Shown: one piece after another, positions 38,369 through 48,093 of the stretch
How positions within the stretch are numbered: the stretch's first letter is position 1
Layout: every line of letters starts with the position of its first letter
Source of the DNA: an uncultured Bacilli bacterium
GTDB taxonomy: Bacteria; Bacillota_I; Bacilli_A; RF39; UBA660
Direction of reading: 5' to 3'
Length of the DNA: 58,432 bases
NCBI GenBank assembly: GCA_944358875.1
Contig: CALVRZ010000002.1
Location: 1 to 58,432 of the forward strand
Made by a program: the position numbers and the translations under genes
Notes under the pieces: model-generated
Told to the model about the DNA's origin: nothing
The model's input: only the letters and a program-made list of their open reading frames with translations
The model's database searches: none

Positions 38369-40108
38369 ATGTCAAAACTAAATGTTGATCAAAAAAATAT
38401 TAGATTATTATTAGCAGATAAGAAAGCTGATTTTCTTATTCCGGATTATCAAAGACCGTATGCATGGTCGGAAGAAGAATGCCAAACTTTATGGGAAGAT
38501 ATTTTTGATTTTGCTATTCCTGAAGGAGATGCTACAAAGTTTAATAGTGAAGAAGAATATTACTTAGGACCAATTGTTACTTTTAAGAATAATAACAATA
38601 AATTAGAAGTAATAGATGGTCAACAGAGATTAACTACTTTGATGTTACTTTTAAGAGCTTTTCATATTAGTTTTGGTGAAATGAGAGATGAAAATTCTAA
38701 AAAGATTAAAGAATTAATTGAAAGTTGTATTTGGAAAACTGATGAGTTTGGAAATGCTAATAAAGATTTATTGAAAATAGATTCAGAAGTTGCTACTGAT
38801 AATGATAAGGATGAATTTCTATCTATATTAAATACTGGTATGGCACCGTCATCAATGAAAAGTAAGTATGCTGAAAATTATAGATATTTTCAAAAGAAGA
38901 TAGACGAATTCTTACATAGTTATCCAGGGTATTTTTCGTATTTACCAGCAAGGATATTAAATAATTGTATTCTTTTACCAATTGAAGCAGATAATCAAAA
39001 TACTGCATTAAGAATATTTTCAACATTAAATGATAGAGGATTACCATTATCAGATGCTGATATATTTAAAGCACAATTCTATAAATATTATTCTGATAAA
39101 GGTCAAAAAGAATTGTTTATTAAAACATGGAAAGAATTAGAAGAATTAAGTGATAAGATTTTTCATCCAATTTCTGGAACGCCTATGGATGAATTGTTTA
39201 CTAGATATATGTATTATGAAAGAGCAAAGTTGGGGATTAAATCATCAACTACTGAAGCTTTGAGAAGATTTTATGAAAGAGATTCTTATAAGTTATTAAA
39301 AAATGATTATACTTTAAATAATTTAGTTGAATTGGCTAACTTTTGGAATGATGTGTCAAATCAAAGTCGTGAAAGATTTAGCGATAGGGTTTTAAATAAA
39401 TTGTTTGTGTTAAATATGGCACCTAATGGAATGTGGACGTATTTTTTATCAGTATATTTTATGACCAATAAAGATGCTAATGGTATGTTGAATGATGATA
39501 ATTTATATAGATTTTTAACAAAGTCAATTGCATTTATATGGACATATGCATTCTATAATCCAGGTGTTAATGCACTAAGAACACCAATATATGATGAAAT
39601 GATTAATATTATAAATGGTGTAGAGGTTACATTTGACAAATACAGGTTTGACAAGGACTCAGTTAGACAAAGTTTATTGAATTTTGTATTTTATAATAAA
39701 AGACCAATTACAAAATCAATGTTAGCTTGGTGGGCATTTACGAATGAACAACAAACATATTTATCTTTAGAGCAACCATTTGAAATTGAACATATTTATG
39801 CTAAGAATAGACAAGATGTAGATGGTAGTTTAAATGATAAAAGAAACATTGAAAGATTAGGTAACAAGTCATTGTTAGAAAAGTCAGTTAATATTAGAGT
39901 ATCTGACTTTAGATTTGAAGACAAAGTTAAAAAGTATAAAGGTTATATGAATGATAGAGGTAAACATATTGATGGAACTAAGATTCAAGATTTATTAACA
40001 ATTGATGATAGATATGTTAATTTTGATGAAAGAGATATTGAGTCTAGAAATAGTTTGATTATTGATTCATTTATAGAATACTTATCAACAGAAAATTTAT
40101 TTAAATAA
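38369..40108 (+). CDS. DUF262/DUF1524 protein, GmrSD-like type IV (modification-dependent) restriction enzyme candidate
   Basis: The N-terminal motifs IPDYQRPYAW and DGQQRLTT indicate DUF262 (ParB-like). The C-terminal EIEHIYAKN...LGNKSLLEKSVN resembles the DUF1524 His-Me finger. Confidence 0.8.
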   Translation: MSKLNVDQKNIRLLLADKKADFLIPDYQRPYAWSEEECQTLWEDIFDFAIPEGDATKFNSEEEYYLGPIVTFKNNNNKLEVIDGQQRLTTLMLLLRAFHISFGEMRDENSKKIKELIESCIWKTDEFGNANKDLLKIDSEVATDNDKDEFLSILNTGMAPSSMKSKYAENYRYFQKKIDEFLHSYPGYFSYLPARILNNCILLPIEADNQNTALRIFSTLNDRGLPLSDADIFKAQFYKYYSDKGQKELFIKTWKELEELSDKIFHPISGTPMDELFTRYMYYERAKLGIKSSTTEALRRFYERDSYKLLKNDYTLNNLVELANFWNDVSNQSRERFSDRVLNKLFVLNMAPNGMWTYFLSVYFMTNKDANGMLNDDNLYRFLTKSIAFIWTYAFYNPGVNALRTPIYDEMINIINGVEVTFDKYRFDKDSVRQSLLNFVFYNKRPITKSMLAWWAFTNEQQTYLSLEQPFEIEHIYAKNRQDVDGSLNDKRNIERLGNKSLLEKSVNIRVSDFRFEDKVKKYKGYMNDRGKHIDGTKIQDLLTIDDRYVNFDERDIESRNSLIIDSFIEYLSTENLFK

Positions 40109-40745
40109 TAAGCTAGTCTTGTGACTAGTTTTAATTTTATAATTTGCTAGGTACTAGAGGATTATATCCATTGTCTTTAGTCACATAATTCCTTTAGGAT
40201 TTCCATTTTTGCAAAAACAGGAGAAATGTGGTAAACTTAATACGAAGGTGGTATCATGCAAAAAGGAGCCCACACACAATATGATTTACAATTTCATGTT
40301 GTATGGATAACAAAATATAGAAAGAAAATATTAGTAGGAAAAATTGCTTCTATGTTGAAAGTGCTATTGATGCAAGGATGTTCGGCAAAAGGAATAACAA
40401 TAATTAAAGGTAATATTCAGCCAGAATATGTACATTTATTGATAAGTATTCCACCATCCTTGTCAATAGCACAAGTTATGCAGTATTTAAAAGGAAGAAG
40501 TTCAAAAAAATTGCAAGAAGATTTTTCGTGGTTGAAGAAGCAATTTTGGGGTCAACATATGTGGGCGACTGGGTATTTTTGTAGAAGTGTAGGAAAAGTA
40601 ACACAAGACACAATAATAGAGTACATAGAGAGTCAAAAAGATGATATAGATGATATATTTGTAAAAGATGGTATGCTTTAGCATATAGCGACTTTTAGTC
40701 GCCCATCAAACCCTGTACTTTTAGTGCAGGGTGGTTGATATATTT
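40109..40745 (+). mobile_element. IS200-type insertion sequence (IS200/IS605 family, TnpA only)
   Basis: The left-end hairpin is CTAGTC-TTGT-GACTAG (40113-28). Right-end hairpins lie at 40688-40704 and 40710-40733. The element encloses the Y1 transposase gene. Confidence 0.75.
40256..40681 (+). CDS. tnpA: IS200/IS605 family Y1 (HUH) transposase TnpA
   Basis: It has FHVVWITKYRK, the HUH-like YVHLL and the catalytic-Tyr region WATGYF. Confidence 0.9.
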   Translation: MQKGAHTQYDLQFHVVWITKYRKKILVGKIASMLKVLLMQGCSAKGITIIKGNIQPEYVHLLISIPPSLSIAQVMQYLKGRSSKKLQEDFSWLKKQFWGQHMWATGYFCRSVGKVTQDTIIEYIESQKDDIDDIFVKDGML

Positions 40746-40764
40746 ATAGAAAGAGGAAATAACT

Positions 40765-42336
40765 ATGAATAATAAAAAAGAAAAAGAAAGAGAAGAATTA
40801 CATAAAACAATTTGGAAAATAGCTAATGAATTAAGAGGTTCTGTTGATGGTTGGGATTTTAAACAATATGTATTGGGTTTATTGTTTTATAGATTTATAT
40901 CTGAAAATATAGAGAACTATGTTAATGAAAATCAAAGACAAGCGGGATATAAAGATTTTGAATATAGAAATTTATCTGATGAAGATGCTTTAATGGGTAA
41001 AGATCAAATTTTATCTGAAAAGGGATTATTTATATTACCGAGTGAATTATTTTATAATGTTAGAAAAAGTGCTAAAAATAATGATAACTTAAATGTTGTG
41101 ATTGGAAATATATTTGATAATATAGAGTCTTCTGCTATAGGAACAACATCAGAAGATGATGTTAAAGGGTTATTTGATGATTTTGATGTTAAAGGAAATA
41201 AACTAGGTAATACAGTAGAAGAAAGAAATGAAAAACTAGTAAAAATGTTAGATGCAATTGGTGATTTAAATTTAGGAAATTATCAAGATAATGCTATAGA
41301 TACTTTTGGTGATACTTATGAATATTTGATGACTATGTATGCGTCTAATGCTGGTAAATCTGGAGGAGAATTTTTTACTCCTCAAGAAGTAGGAGAATTA
41401 CTTGCAAGAATTGTTATAGGAAATAAAAAGGAAGTAAATAAAGTATATGACCCAGCATGTGGTTCTGGGGGGTTACTTTTAAAATTTGCTAAAATATTAG
41501 GTAAAGAAAATGTAAGGCAAGGTTTCTTTGGACAAGAAATAAATTTAACTACTTACAACCTAGCTAGAATAAATATGTTTTTACATAATATAAATTATAA
41601 TCATTTTAATATTGCAAGAGGGGATACTTTAATTCATCCGAAGCATTGGGGTGATGAACCTTTTGATGCGATTGTATCTAATCCTCCTTATTCAATTAAA
41701 TGGGCTGGTAAATCTAATCCAATTTTAATTAATGATGAAAGATATGCTCCAGCTGGAGTATTGGCTCCAGAATCAAAAGCTGATTTAGCTTTTACTATGC
41801 ATATGCTATCATGGCTTAGTCCAACTGGTACAGCTGCTATAGTTGAATTTCCAGGAGTACTTTATAGAGGCGGAGCTGAACAAAAAATTAGAAAATATAT
41901 GGTAGATAATAACTTTGTAGATACAGTAATACAATTACCATCAGATTTATTCTTTGGTACTTCTATTGCAACATGTATATTAGTACTAAAGAAAAATAAA
42001 ATAGATAATAATATTTTATTTGTTGATGCATCAGAAGAATTTGTTAGAAACACAAATAAAAATAAATTATCTGATGAAAATATTAATAATATAATTACTT
42101 TATTAAAAAATAGAAAATCAGTAGATAATCAAGCTTATCTAGCTCCTTATGAAGAAATAAAAGAAAATGATTATAACATATCAGTAAACTCATACTTAAA
42201 GAAAATAACAGAAGAAGAACAAATAGATATTAAAAAATTAAATAAACAAATAAAAGAAATAGTTGAAAAAGAAAATATTATTCGTATTGAATTAGATAAA
42301 ATTATTGCAGAATTGGAGTCTGATTCAAATGAGTAA
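40765..42336 (+). CDS. hsdM: Type I restriction-modification system methyltransferase subunit
   Basis: It has an HsdM N-terminal domain, motif I DPACGSGG and motif IV NPPYSIKW. Confidence 0.92.
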   Translation: MNNKKEKEREELHKTIWKIANELRGSVDGWDFKQYVLGLLFYRFISENIENYVNENQRQAGYKDFEYRNLSDEDALMGKDQILSEKGLFILPSELFYNVRKSAKNNDNLNVVIGNIFDNIESSAIGTTSEDDVKGLFDDFDVKGNKLGNTVEERNEKLVKMLDAIGDLNLGNYQDNAIDTFGDTYEYLMTMYASNAGKSGGEFFTPQEVGELLARIVIGNKKEVNKVYDPACGSGGLLLKFAKILGKENVRQGFFGQEINLTTYNLARINMFLHNINYNHFNIARGDTLIHPKHWGDEPFDAIVSNPPYSIKWAGKSNPILINDERYAPAGVLAPESKADLAFTMHMLSWLSPTGTAAIVEFPGVLYRGGAEQKIRKYMVDNNFVDTVIQLPSDLFFGTSIATCILVLKKNKIDNNILFVDASEEFVRNTNKNKLSDENINNIITLLKNRKSVDNQAYLAPYEEIKENDYNISVNSYLKKITEEEQIDIKKLNKQIKEIVEKENIIRIELDKIIAELESDSNE

Positions 42337-43501
42337 AATAGAACAGTTAATAAAAGAAAAATGTCCTAATGGTGTTGAGTATAAAAAATTGTCTTCTGTA
42401 ATAGAGGTTAATAGAGGTAGTAGATTAACTAAGAGTCAATTATTAAATAATGGAATATATGAAGTATATCACGGAAGCAAAGACGTTCCTTTAGGAAAAT
42501 ATAATAAATTTAATACCGTTGGTGATACAGTAATAATTGTAAATACTGGTGGAATTGGCGGCGTAAAGTACTTAAAAGATAATTTTTGGTGTTCAGATGG
42601 CTGCTTTAACTTGGGACATAATGATAGAATTAATAATAAGTTCTTATATTATTATTTATCTCAATATGAAGATTATTTTGTGAGTCAAAAACGAATTGGC
42701 GGTGTTCCTACCATTGATAAAAATGTTGTACAAAAAATTAAAATTCCACTTCCACCAATAGAAGTACAAGAAGAAATTGTTAATATATTAGATAAATTTA
42801 GTGAACTAGAGGCAGAACTAGAGGCAGAACTAGAGGCAAGAAAAAGACAATATAATTTTTTTAGAAACAAAATATTAAATCCAAACAATACTACAAAGGC
42901 TTTAAAGTTATCTGAAATTGCAAGTATCAAAGCAAGAATAGGGTGGCAAGGACTTACAAAAAGTGAATATTTAAATAGTGGTGATTATTATTTAATTACT
43001 GGAACTGATTTTAAAAATGGTAGAGTTGATTTCAGCAATTGTCATTATATAAACGAAGATAGATATAATCAAGATACTAATATTCAAATTAAAAATAATG
43101 ATGTTCTTGTAACTAAAGATGGTACATTAGGAAAAGTAGCATACGTTGAGAAAATGGATAAACCAGCAACTTTAAATAGTGGTGTCTTTGTTATTAGAAG
43201 TAATAAAAATATAGTAACTAATAAATTTTTATATCATTATTTTCAATCAAGTCATTTAATGAATTTTGCCAAATCTAGGATAACAGGAGGAACAATTAAA
43301 CATTTAAATCAAAGTATTATGGTAGATGTTCCAGTTCCAATATATTCAATAGAAAGACAAGAATATATAGTAAAAATATTAGATAAATTTAGTGAATTAG
43401 AAGCAGAACTAGAGGCAGAACTAGAAGCTAGAAAAAAGCAATATGAATATTATAGAAATAAACTACTTAATTTTGATAATAAAAAGAGGGAAAAATGTTA
43501 A
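42329..43501 (+). CDS. hsdS: Type I R-M specificity subunit with two target-recognition domains
   Basis: The conserved region ILDKFSELEAELEAELEARK(R/K)QY occurs twice. The start overlaps the hsdM stop. Confidence 0.9.
   Translation: MSKIEQLIKEKCPNGVEYKKLSSVIEVNRGSRLTKSQLLNNGIYEVYHGSKDVPLGKYNKFNTVGDTVIIVNTGGIGGVKYLKDNFWCSDGCFNLGHNDRINNKFLYYYLSQYEDYFVSQKRIGGVPTIDKNVVQKIKIPLPPIEVQEEIVNILDKFSELEAELEAELEARKRQYNFFRNKILNPNNTTKALKLSEIASIKARIGWQGLTKSEYLNSGDYYLITGTDFKNGRVDFSNCHYINEDRYNQDTNIQIKNNDVLVTKDGTLGKVAYVEKMDKPATLNSGVFVIRSNKNIVTNKFLYHYFQSSHLMNFAKSRITGGTIKHLNQSIMVDVPVPIYSIERQEYIVKILDKFSELEAELEAELEARKKQYEYYRNKLLNFDNKKREKC
42803..42838 (+). repeat. Three perfect tandem copies of the 12-bp unit GAACTAGAGGCA (ELEA repeats) in the central conserved region of hsdS
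   Basis: This was read directly from the sequence. A degenerate triple is at 43394-43429. Confidence 0.9.
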
Positions 43502-44001
43502 AAAAAATTCATTTGATAGTAAAATATTTATTCCAGATATTTCTATATTTATTCGAGACATTGGGAATAGCCGTTTTATGTACTATATTTATAACTGATA
43601 TTAATCCATTTACAAATTGTTTTGAATTTATTGAGAGTGTAACTGTATTTTATGCATTATATCAAATTATTATTTATAATATATTACAACAGTTTAACGA
43701 TATAAAGAAGGATGAATATTTGGCTTTATCTACATTATATAAGTTAACTAGACTTTATATAATAACTAAAAACGATATAATAAAACAAGATATATTATCT
43801 AAATTAGAATATCAATTAGATTCAGCAACCTTTAATGATAACAATGTAAGAAGAGAATATTTAAATATTAAAGAAATAATTAATTCTCCTAAAAAAAATA
43901 ATTTAGAAATTATAGATTATAAAATTATATATTTTGATCATTTAAGTGAAGAAGCAATTTTGGGATGGAAATATTCTATATTATTGAGATTACTTAAATA
44001 A
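43495..44001 (+). CDS. Uncharacterised membrane protein (two N-terminal TM helices plus a ~100-aa cytoplasmic helical domain) nested in the R-M operon
   Basis: The ATG overlaps the hsdS stop (AAATGTTAA) and an AGAGGGA RBS precedes it. The TM segments are LFQIFLYLFETLGIAVLCTIFI and VTVFYALYQIIIYNIL. Confidence 0.65.
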   Translation: MLKKIHLIVKYLFQIFLYLFETLGIAVLCTIFITDINPFTNCFEFIESVTVFYALYQIIIYNILQQFNDIKKDEYLALSTLYKLTRLYIITKNDIIKQDILSKLEYQLDSATFNDNNVRREYLNIKEIINSPKKNNLEIIDYKIIYFDHLSEEAILGWKYSILLRLLK

Positions 44002-44013
44002 GAAGGAGTAAAA

Positions 44014-44463
44014 ATGAATAAATTATTAGTTCAAAGTACGAAAAAGGAATTAGATGATTTAATTAATTACATCAGTACGTGCAATTTTGATAAATTTACT
44101 TTATATATTAAAGTTGCTAATACATTTAGTCATTTAGGAGCTTTATTTGATAATTTTATTAACGAGCCAAAAAGTGAAAATAATATGCTCAAAAATGCCT
44201 GTGTTGCTTTTAATAATGCTTTTAAACATAGCAAAGAAATGGGAAAAGAATATTCTGATTTAAATATGATAGAATATGGTACAGCATTTAATTGTATATT
44301 AGATGCACCTTTTGGCGATGTTGTGTTTTTTCGTAATGCTGAATATTTAAAAAAATTAAAAGATGGTAGAAATTATAAATGGTATTCAAAAGTTTTTGAA
44401 GGAAAACGAATGGATATAGTATTAGAAGATATAAGAAAGATGGTTGATGAAGAATATGACTAA
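44014..44463 (+). CDS. Uncharacterised soluble protein (149 aa) nested in the R-M operon
   Basis: It has a perfect AAGGAG RBS. Its 3' end overlaps the hsdR start. No motif was recognised. Confidence 0.65.
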   Translation: MNKLLVQSTKKELDDLINYISTCNFDKFTLYIKVANTFSHLGALFDNFINEPKSENNMLKNACVAFNNAFKHSKEMGKEYSDLNMIEYGTAFNCILDAPFGDVVFFRNAEYLKKLKDGRNYKWYSKVFEGKRMDIVLEDIRKMVDEEYD

Positions 44464-47400
44464 TTTAAGTATGATAAGTGAAAATGATAACTCTACGGTA
44501 TTAACAGAATATAAGGGATTAAATAAAACAGAAACTTTTTATCAAAGTGAGGATGCTTTAGAAAAAGAATTAATTAATACTTTAGTAAATCAAGGATATG
44601 AATATGTAACTATTAATAGTGAAAAAGAATTTATTTTAAATTTAAGAAAACAGTTAGAAAAATTAAATCGCTATCATTTTACTGATGGAGAATGGGATGC
44701 GTTTTTTATTAATGTTATTGCTAATAAAAATAATCATATTATTGAAAAAACAAGATTAATTCAAGAAGATTATATTCAATCTATCACTTTGGATAATGGT
44801 AGTTTGAAAAATATTTATTTAATTGATAAAAATAATATTCATAATAATAGTGTTCAAGTTATTAATCAATATGTAAATAATGATGGAACTTATGATAATA
44901 GATATGATGTTACTATTCTAATTAATGGACTGCCTTTAGTTCATTGTGAATTAAAAAGAAGGGGTATTGATTTAAGAGAAGCTTTTAATCAGATAGAAAG
45001 ATATCAAAGAGATTCTTTTTGGGCTAGCAGTGGACTATATGAATTTGTTCAAATATTTATAATTAGTAATGGTACTTTGACTAAGTATTATTCTAATACT
45101 ACAAGAGAGTTTCATATTAATAATAAAACTAAAAGAAAATCTAATTCATTTGAATTTACTTCGTTTTGGGCAGATCAAAAAAATAACAGTATAACTGATT
45201 TAATAGATTTTGCGAAAACATTTTTAACTAAACATACTTTGTTAAATATTTTAACAAAATACTGTGTATTTACTTCTGAAGAAGATTTATTAGTTATGAG
45301 GCCTTATCAAATAGTTGCTACGGAAAAGATATTAAATAAAATAAATGTTTCTTATAATAATAAACTATATGGAACTATTAAATCAGGTGGATATATTTGG
45401 CATACTACAGGTTCTGGTAAAACTTTAACTTCTTTTAAGACTTCTATTTTAGCTAGTAAATTAGAATTTATTGATAAAGTATTATTTGTTGTTGATAGAA
45501 AAGATTTAGATTATCAAACAATGAAAGAATATGATAGATTTAAAGAAGGATGTGCAAATAGTAATTCAAGTACTAAAGTTTTAGAAAGTCAATTAAATGA
45601 TACTAATGCTAAGATAATTATTACAACTATTCAAAAACTTTCTGGTTTTATTAAGAAAAATACTGGAACAGAAGTTTTTAATAAAAATGTTGTCTTTATA
45701 TTTGATGAATGTCATAGATCACAATTCGGTGAGATGCATAAAGCAATTATAAAAAAATTTAAAAAGTATTATATTTTTGGATTTACAGGAACACCAATAT
45801 TTCCAGAAAATGCTAGAACGGTAAAAGGTATATCTGAAACAACAGAACAAATATTTGGTGATAGATTACATACTTATACAATTGTTAATGCTATTGCTGA
45901 TAAAAATGTTTTACCATTTAGATATGAATATGTAGGTAGAGTAGATGTTAAACATGATGTAAAAGATGAAAAAGTATATTCTATTGATGAAGATAAGACT
46001 TTTGATAATAAAATTAGAATATCTTTAATTACAGATTATATAATTAAACATTTTAGTACTAAAACAAAAACTAATGAGTCCTATGTTTTCTCTACACTGG
46101 ATAATGTAGTTGAAGTGGCTAAAAAAAGAGATACTAAAGAAAATAAAACAAAGAAAAATATTAATGGATTTAATTCAATATTTGCTGTTGGAAATATAAA
46201 AATGGCTAAAGAGTATTATGAAGAATTTAAAGAGCAACAATGTCAATTAAAAACTAATTTAAAAGTAGCTTTAATATATTCTTATGGAGTTAATGGTGAA
46301 GATGGGATAATTGATGAAAATTCTGAAACAACTGAAGCATTAAGTACTGATGATAGAAGATTCTTAGATGCTGCTATTAAAGATTATAATAAAATGTTTG
46401 GTACTTCTTATGATACGTCATCTGATAGATTTCAAAATTATTATAGAGATGTTTCTCTAAGAATGAAAAATAGAGAAATTGATATATTAATTGTTGTTAA
46501 TATGTTTTTGACTGGTTTTGATGCTAAAACATTAAATACTTTATGGGTTGATAAAAATTTAAAATGGCATGGTTTAATACAGGCTTTTTCTAGAACAAAT
46601 AGAATACTAAATAGTGTTAAAACTTATGGAAATATTGTTTCATTTAGAAATCTAGAAAGTAGATTAAATGAGTCTTTAGCAAAATTTGGTGATGAAAATG
46701 CAAGAGGTATAGTTTTATTAAAACCATATGAAGATTATTTCTATGGTTATGAAGATGAAAATGGTAAAAACTTTGAAGGATATGAATCATTAATACAAAA
46801 AATGAAAGATTTATTTATTCCTGGAGAATTACCACAGAGTGAAAGTAAACAAAAGGAGTATATAAAATTATATGGTCAAATATTAAGAGTTACAAATATT
46901 TTATCTTCTTTTGACCAATTTAAAAATGAAGAATTACTTAGCGAAAGAGATAAACAAGATTATCAGGGTATATATATTTCTCTTTATAATGAATTTAGAA
47001 ATAAAGCTAAGCATGAGAAAAAAGATATTACTGATGATATTGTTTTTGAAATGGAATTAATTCGAGCAATAGAAGTAAATATTGATTATATTTTAGGACT
47101 TGTAAAAAAATATCATGAAAGTAATATGCAAGATAAAGAAGTACTCGTTACAATTAATAAAACTATTATGGCAAGTCCAGATTTAAGAAATAAAAAAGAT
47201 TTAATATTAGCATTTATTAATTCATTAGATGTCAATTCTGATGTTTATTCTGATTTTGAGAAATTTATGAACAGTAAAAAGAAAGAAGAACTAGATAAAA
47301 TAATTAAAGAAGAGAATTTAAATAGGGATAAAACATATAATTTGGTTAGAAAATCCTTTGAACAAGGTAAAGTTGATACAAACGGCACAGAAATATCTGA

Positions 47401-47524
47401 TATTTTACCACCTATGTCAATGTTTTCTCAAGATAATAGTAGACAAAAAAAGAAAAATATTGTTATTGATAAATTATTAGAGTTTTTTGATAAATTTTTT
47501 AATATATCAAATAATAAGTTTTAG
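44456..47524 (+). CDS. hsdR: Type I R-M restriction subunit (helicase/endonuclease)
   Basis: It has the N-terminal nuclease region D...ELKR, helicase motif I HTTGSGKT and motif II DECHRSQ. Alternative in-frame starts are at 44444 and 44447. Confidence 0.92.
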   Translation: MTNLSMISENDNSTVLTEYKGLNKTETFYQSEDALEKELINTLVNQGYEYVTINSEKEFILNLRKQLEKLNRYHFTDGEWDAFFINVIANKNNHIIEKTRLIQEDYIQSITLDNGSLKNIYLIDKNNIHNNSVQVINQYVNNDGTYDNRYDVTILINGLPLVHCELKRRGIDLREAFNQIERYQRDSFWASSGLYEFVQIFIISNGTLTKYYSNTTREFHINNKTKRKSNSFEFTSFWADQKNNSITDLIDFAKTFLTKHTLLNILTKYCVFTSEEDLLVMRPYQIVATEKILNKINVSYNNKLYGTIKSGGYIWHTTGSGKTLTSFKTSILASKLEFIDKVLFVVDRKDLDYQTMKEYDRFKEGCANSNSSTKVLESQLNDTNAKIIITTIQKLSGFIKKNTGTEVFNKNVVFIFDECHRSQFGEMHKAIIKKFKKYYIFGFTGTPIFPENARTVKGISETTEQIFGDRLHTYTIVNAIADKNVLPFRYEYVGRVDVKHDVKDEKVYSIDEDKTFDNKIRISLITDYIIKHFSTKTKTNESYVFSTLDNVVEVAKKRDTKENKTKKNINGFNSIFAVGNIKMAKEYYEEFKEQQCQLKTNLKVALIYSYGVNGEDGIIDENSETTEALSTDDRRFLDAAIKDYNKMFGTSYDTSSDRFQNYYRDVSLRMKNREIDILIVVNMFLTGFDAKTLNTLWVDKNLKWHGLIQAFSRTNRILNSVKTYGNIVSFRNLESRLNESLAKFGDENARGIVLLKPYEDYFYGYEDENGKNFEGYESLIQKMKDLFIPGELPQSESKQKEYIKLYGQILRVTNILSSFDQFKNEELLSERDKQDYQGIYISLYNEFRNKAKHEKKDITDDIVFEMELIRAIEVNIDYILGLVKKYHESNMQDKEVLVTINKTIMASPDLRNKKDLILAFINSLDVNSDVYSDFEKFMNSKKKEELDKIIKEENLNRDKTYNLVRKSFEQGKVDTNGTEISDILPPMSMFSQDNSRQKKKNIVIDKLLEFFDKFFNISNNKF

Positions 47525-47577
47525 TATTTATAAATACAATTATGTTTGAAATTGTTTAATTTAATTGATAAAAAGAT

Positions 47578-48093
47578 TCAGATTGTTGCTGAATCTTTTT
47601 CTAATTCATCAATAAGATTATTAATATGTATTTCTGGTATTCGTGTAGTAGGGTCTTGTTTTAACAAATTACAAGCTTTTATTACTTTTCTAATGGAAAT
47701 AATGTTATTTTCTTTCATTAATTTGATTATTTTTAGTGTTCTAAATACTTCAATGCCATTATTTTCAGCATAATTTTTTAATCGATTATCTCCAGTAGCA
47801 AGAATACAATTATGATCTCTTGCTATTACATAATTAAGTAAATCATATGTTGATAATTTTTTTTCGGCAATAGATAAATTACTTACTTCTGTTAATTGGG
47901 CTGCTGTTGCAGATATTACTTTAAATTTATTAATTAATTTAACATTGCCAGTTTTTGAATTTATTTCATCATTTTTAATCACATCACTTATATAAACATT
48001 ATCTATATTAATAAATTCTTCTAATATATTAGCATTATTTAAGTCTGTTATTATATTGGTATCAGTAATTATTATCTTCGTTGTTATATTCAT
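47578..48093 (-). CDS. PIN-like domain protein (putative toxin/nuclease partner of the ImmA/IrrE-HTH protein)
   Basis: It has N-terminal IIITDTNIITDL and C-terminal LATGDNRLKNYAENNGIEVFRTL, matching the acidic PIN signature pattern. It overlaps the 3' end of the upstream gene. Confidence 0.65.
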   Translation of the reverse strand: MNITTKIIITDTNIITDLNNANILEEFINIDNVYISDVIKNDEINSKTGNVKLINKFKVISATAAQLTEVSNLSIAEKKLSTYDLLNYVIARDHNCILATGDNRLKNYAENNGIEVFRTLKIIKLMKENNIISIRKVIKACNLLKQDPTTRIPEIHINNLIDELEKDSATI

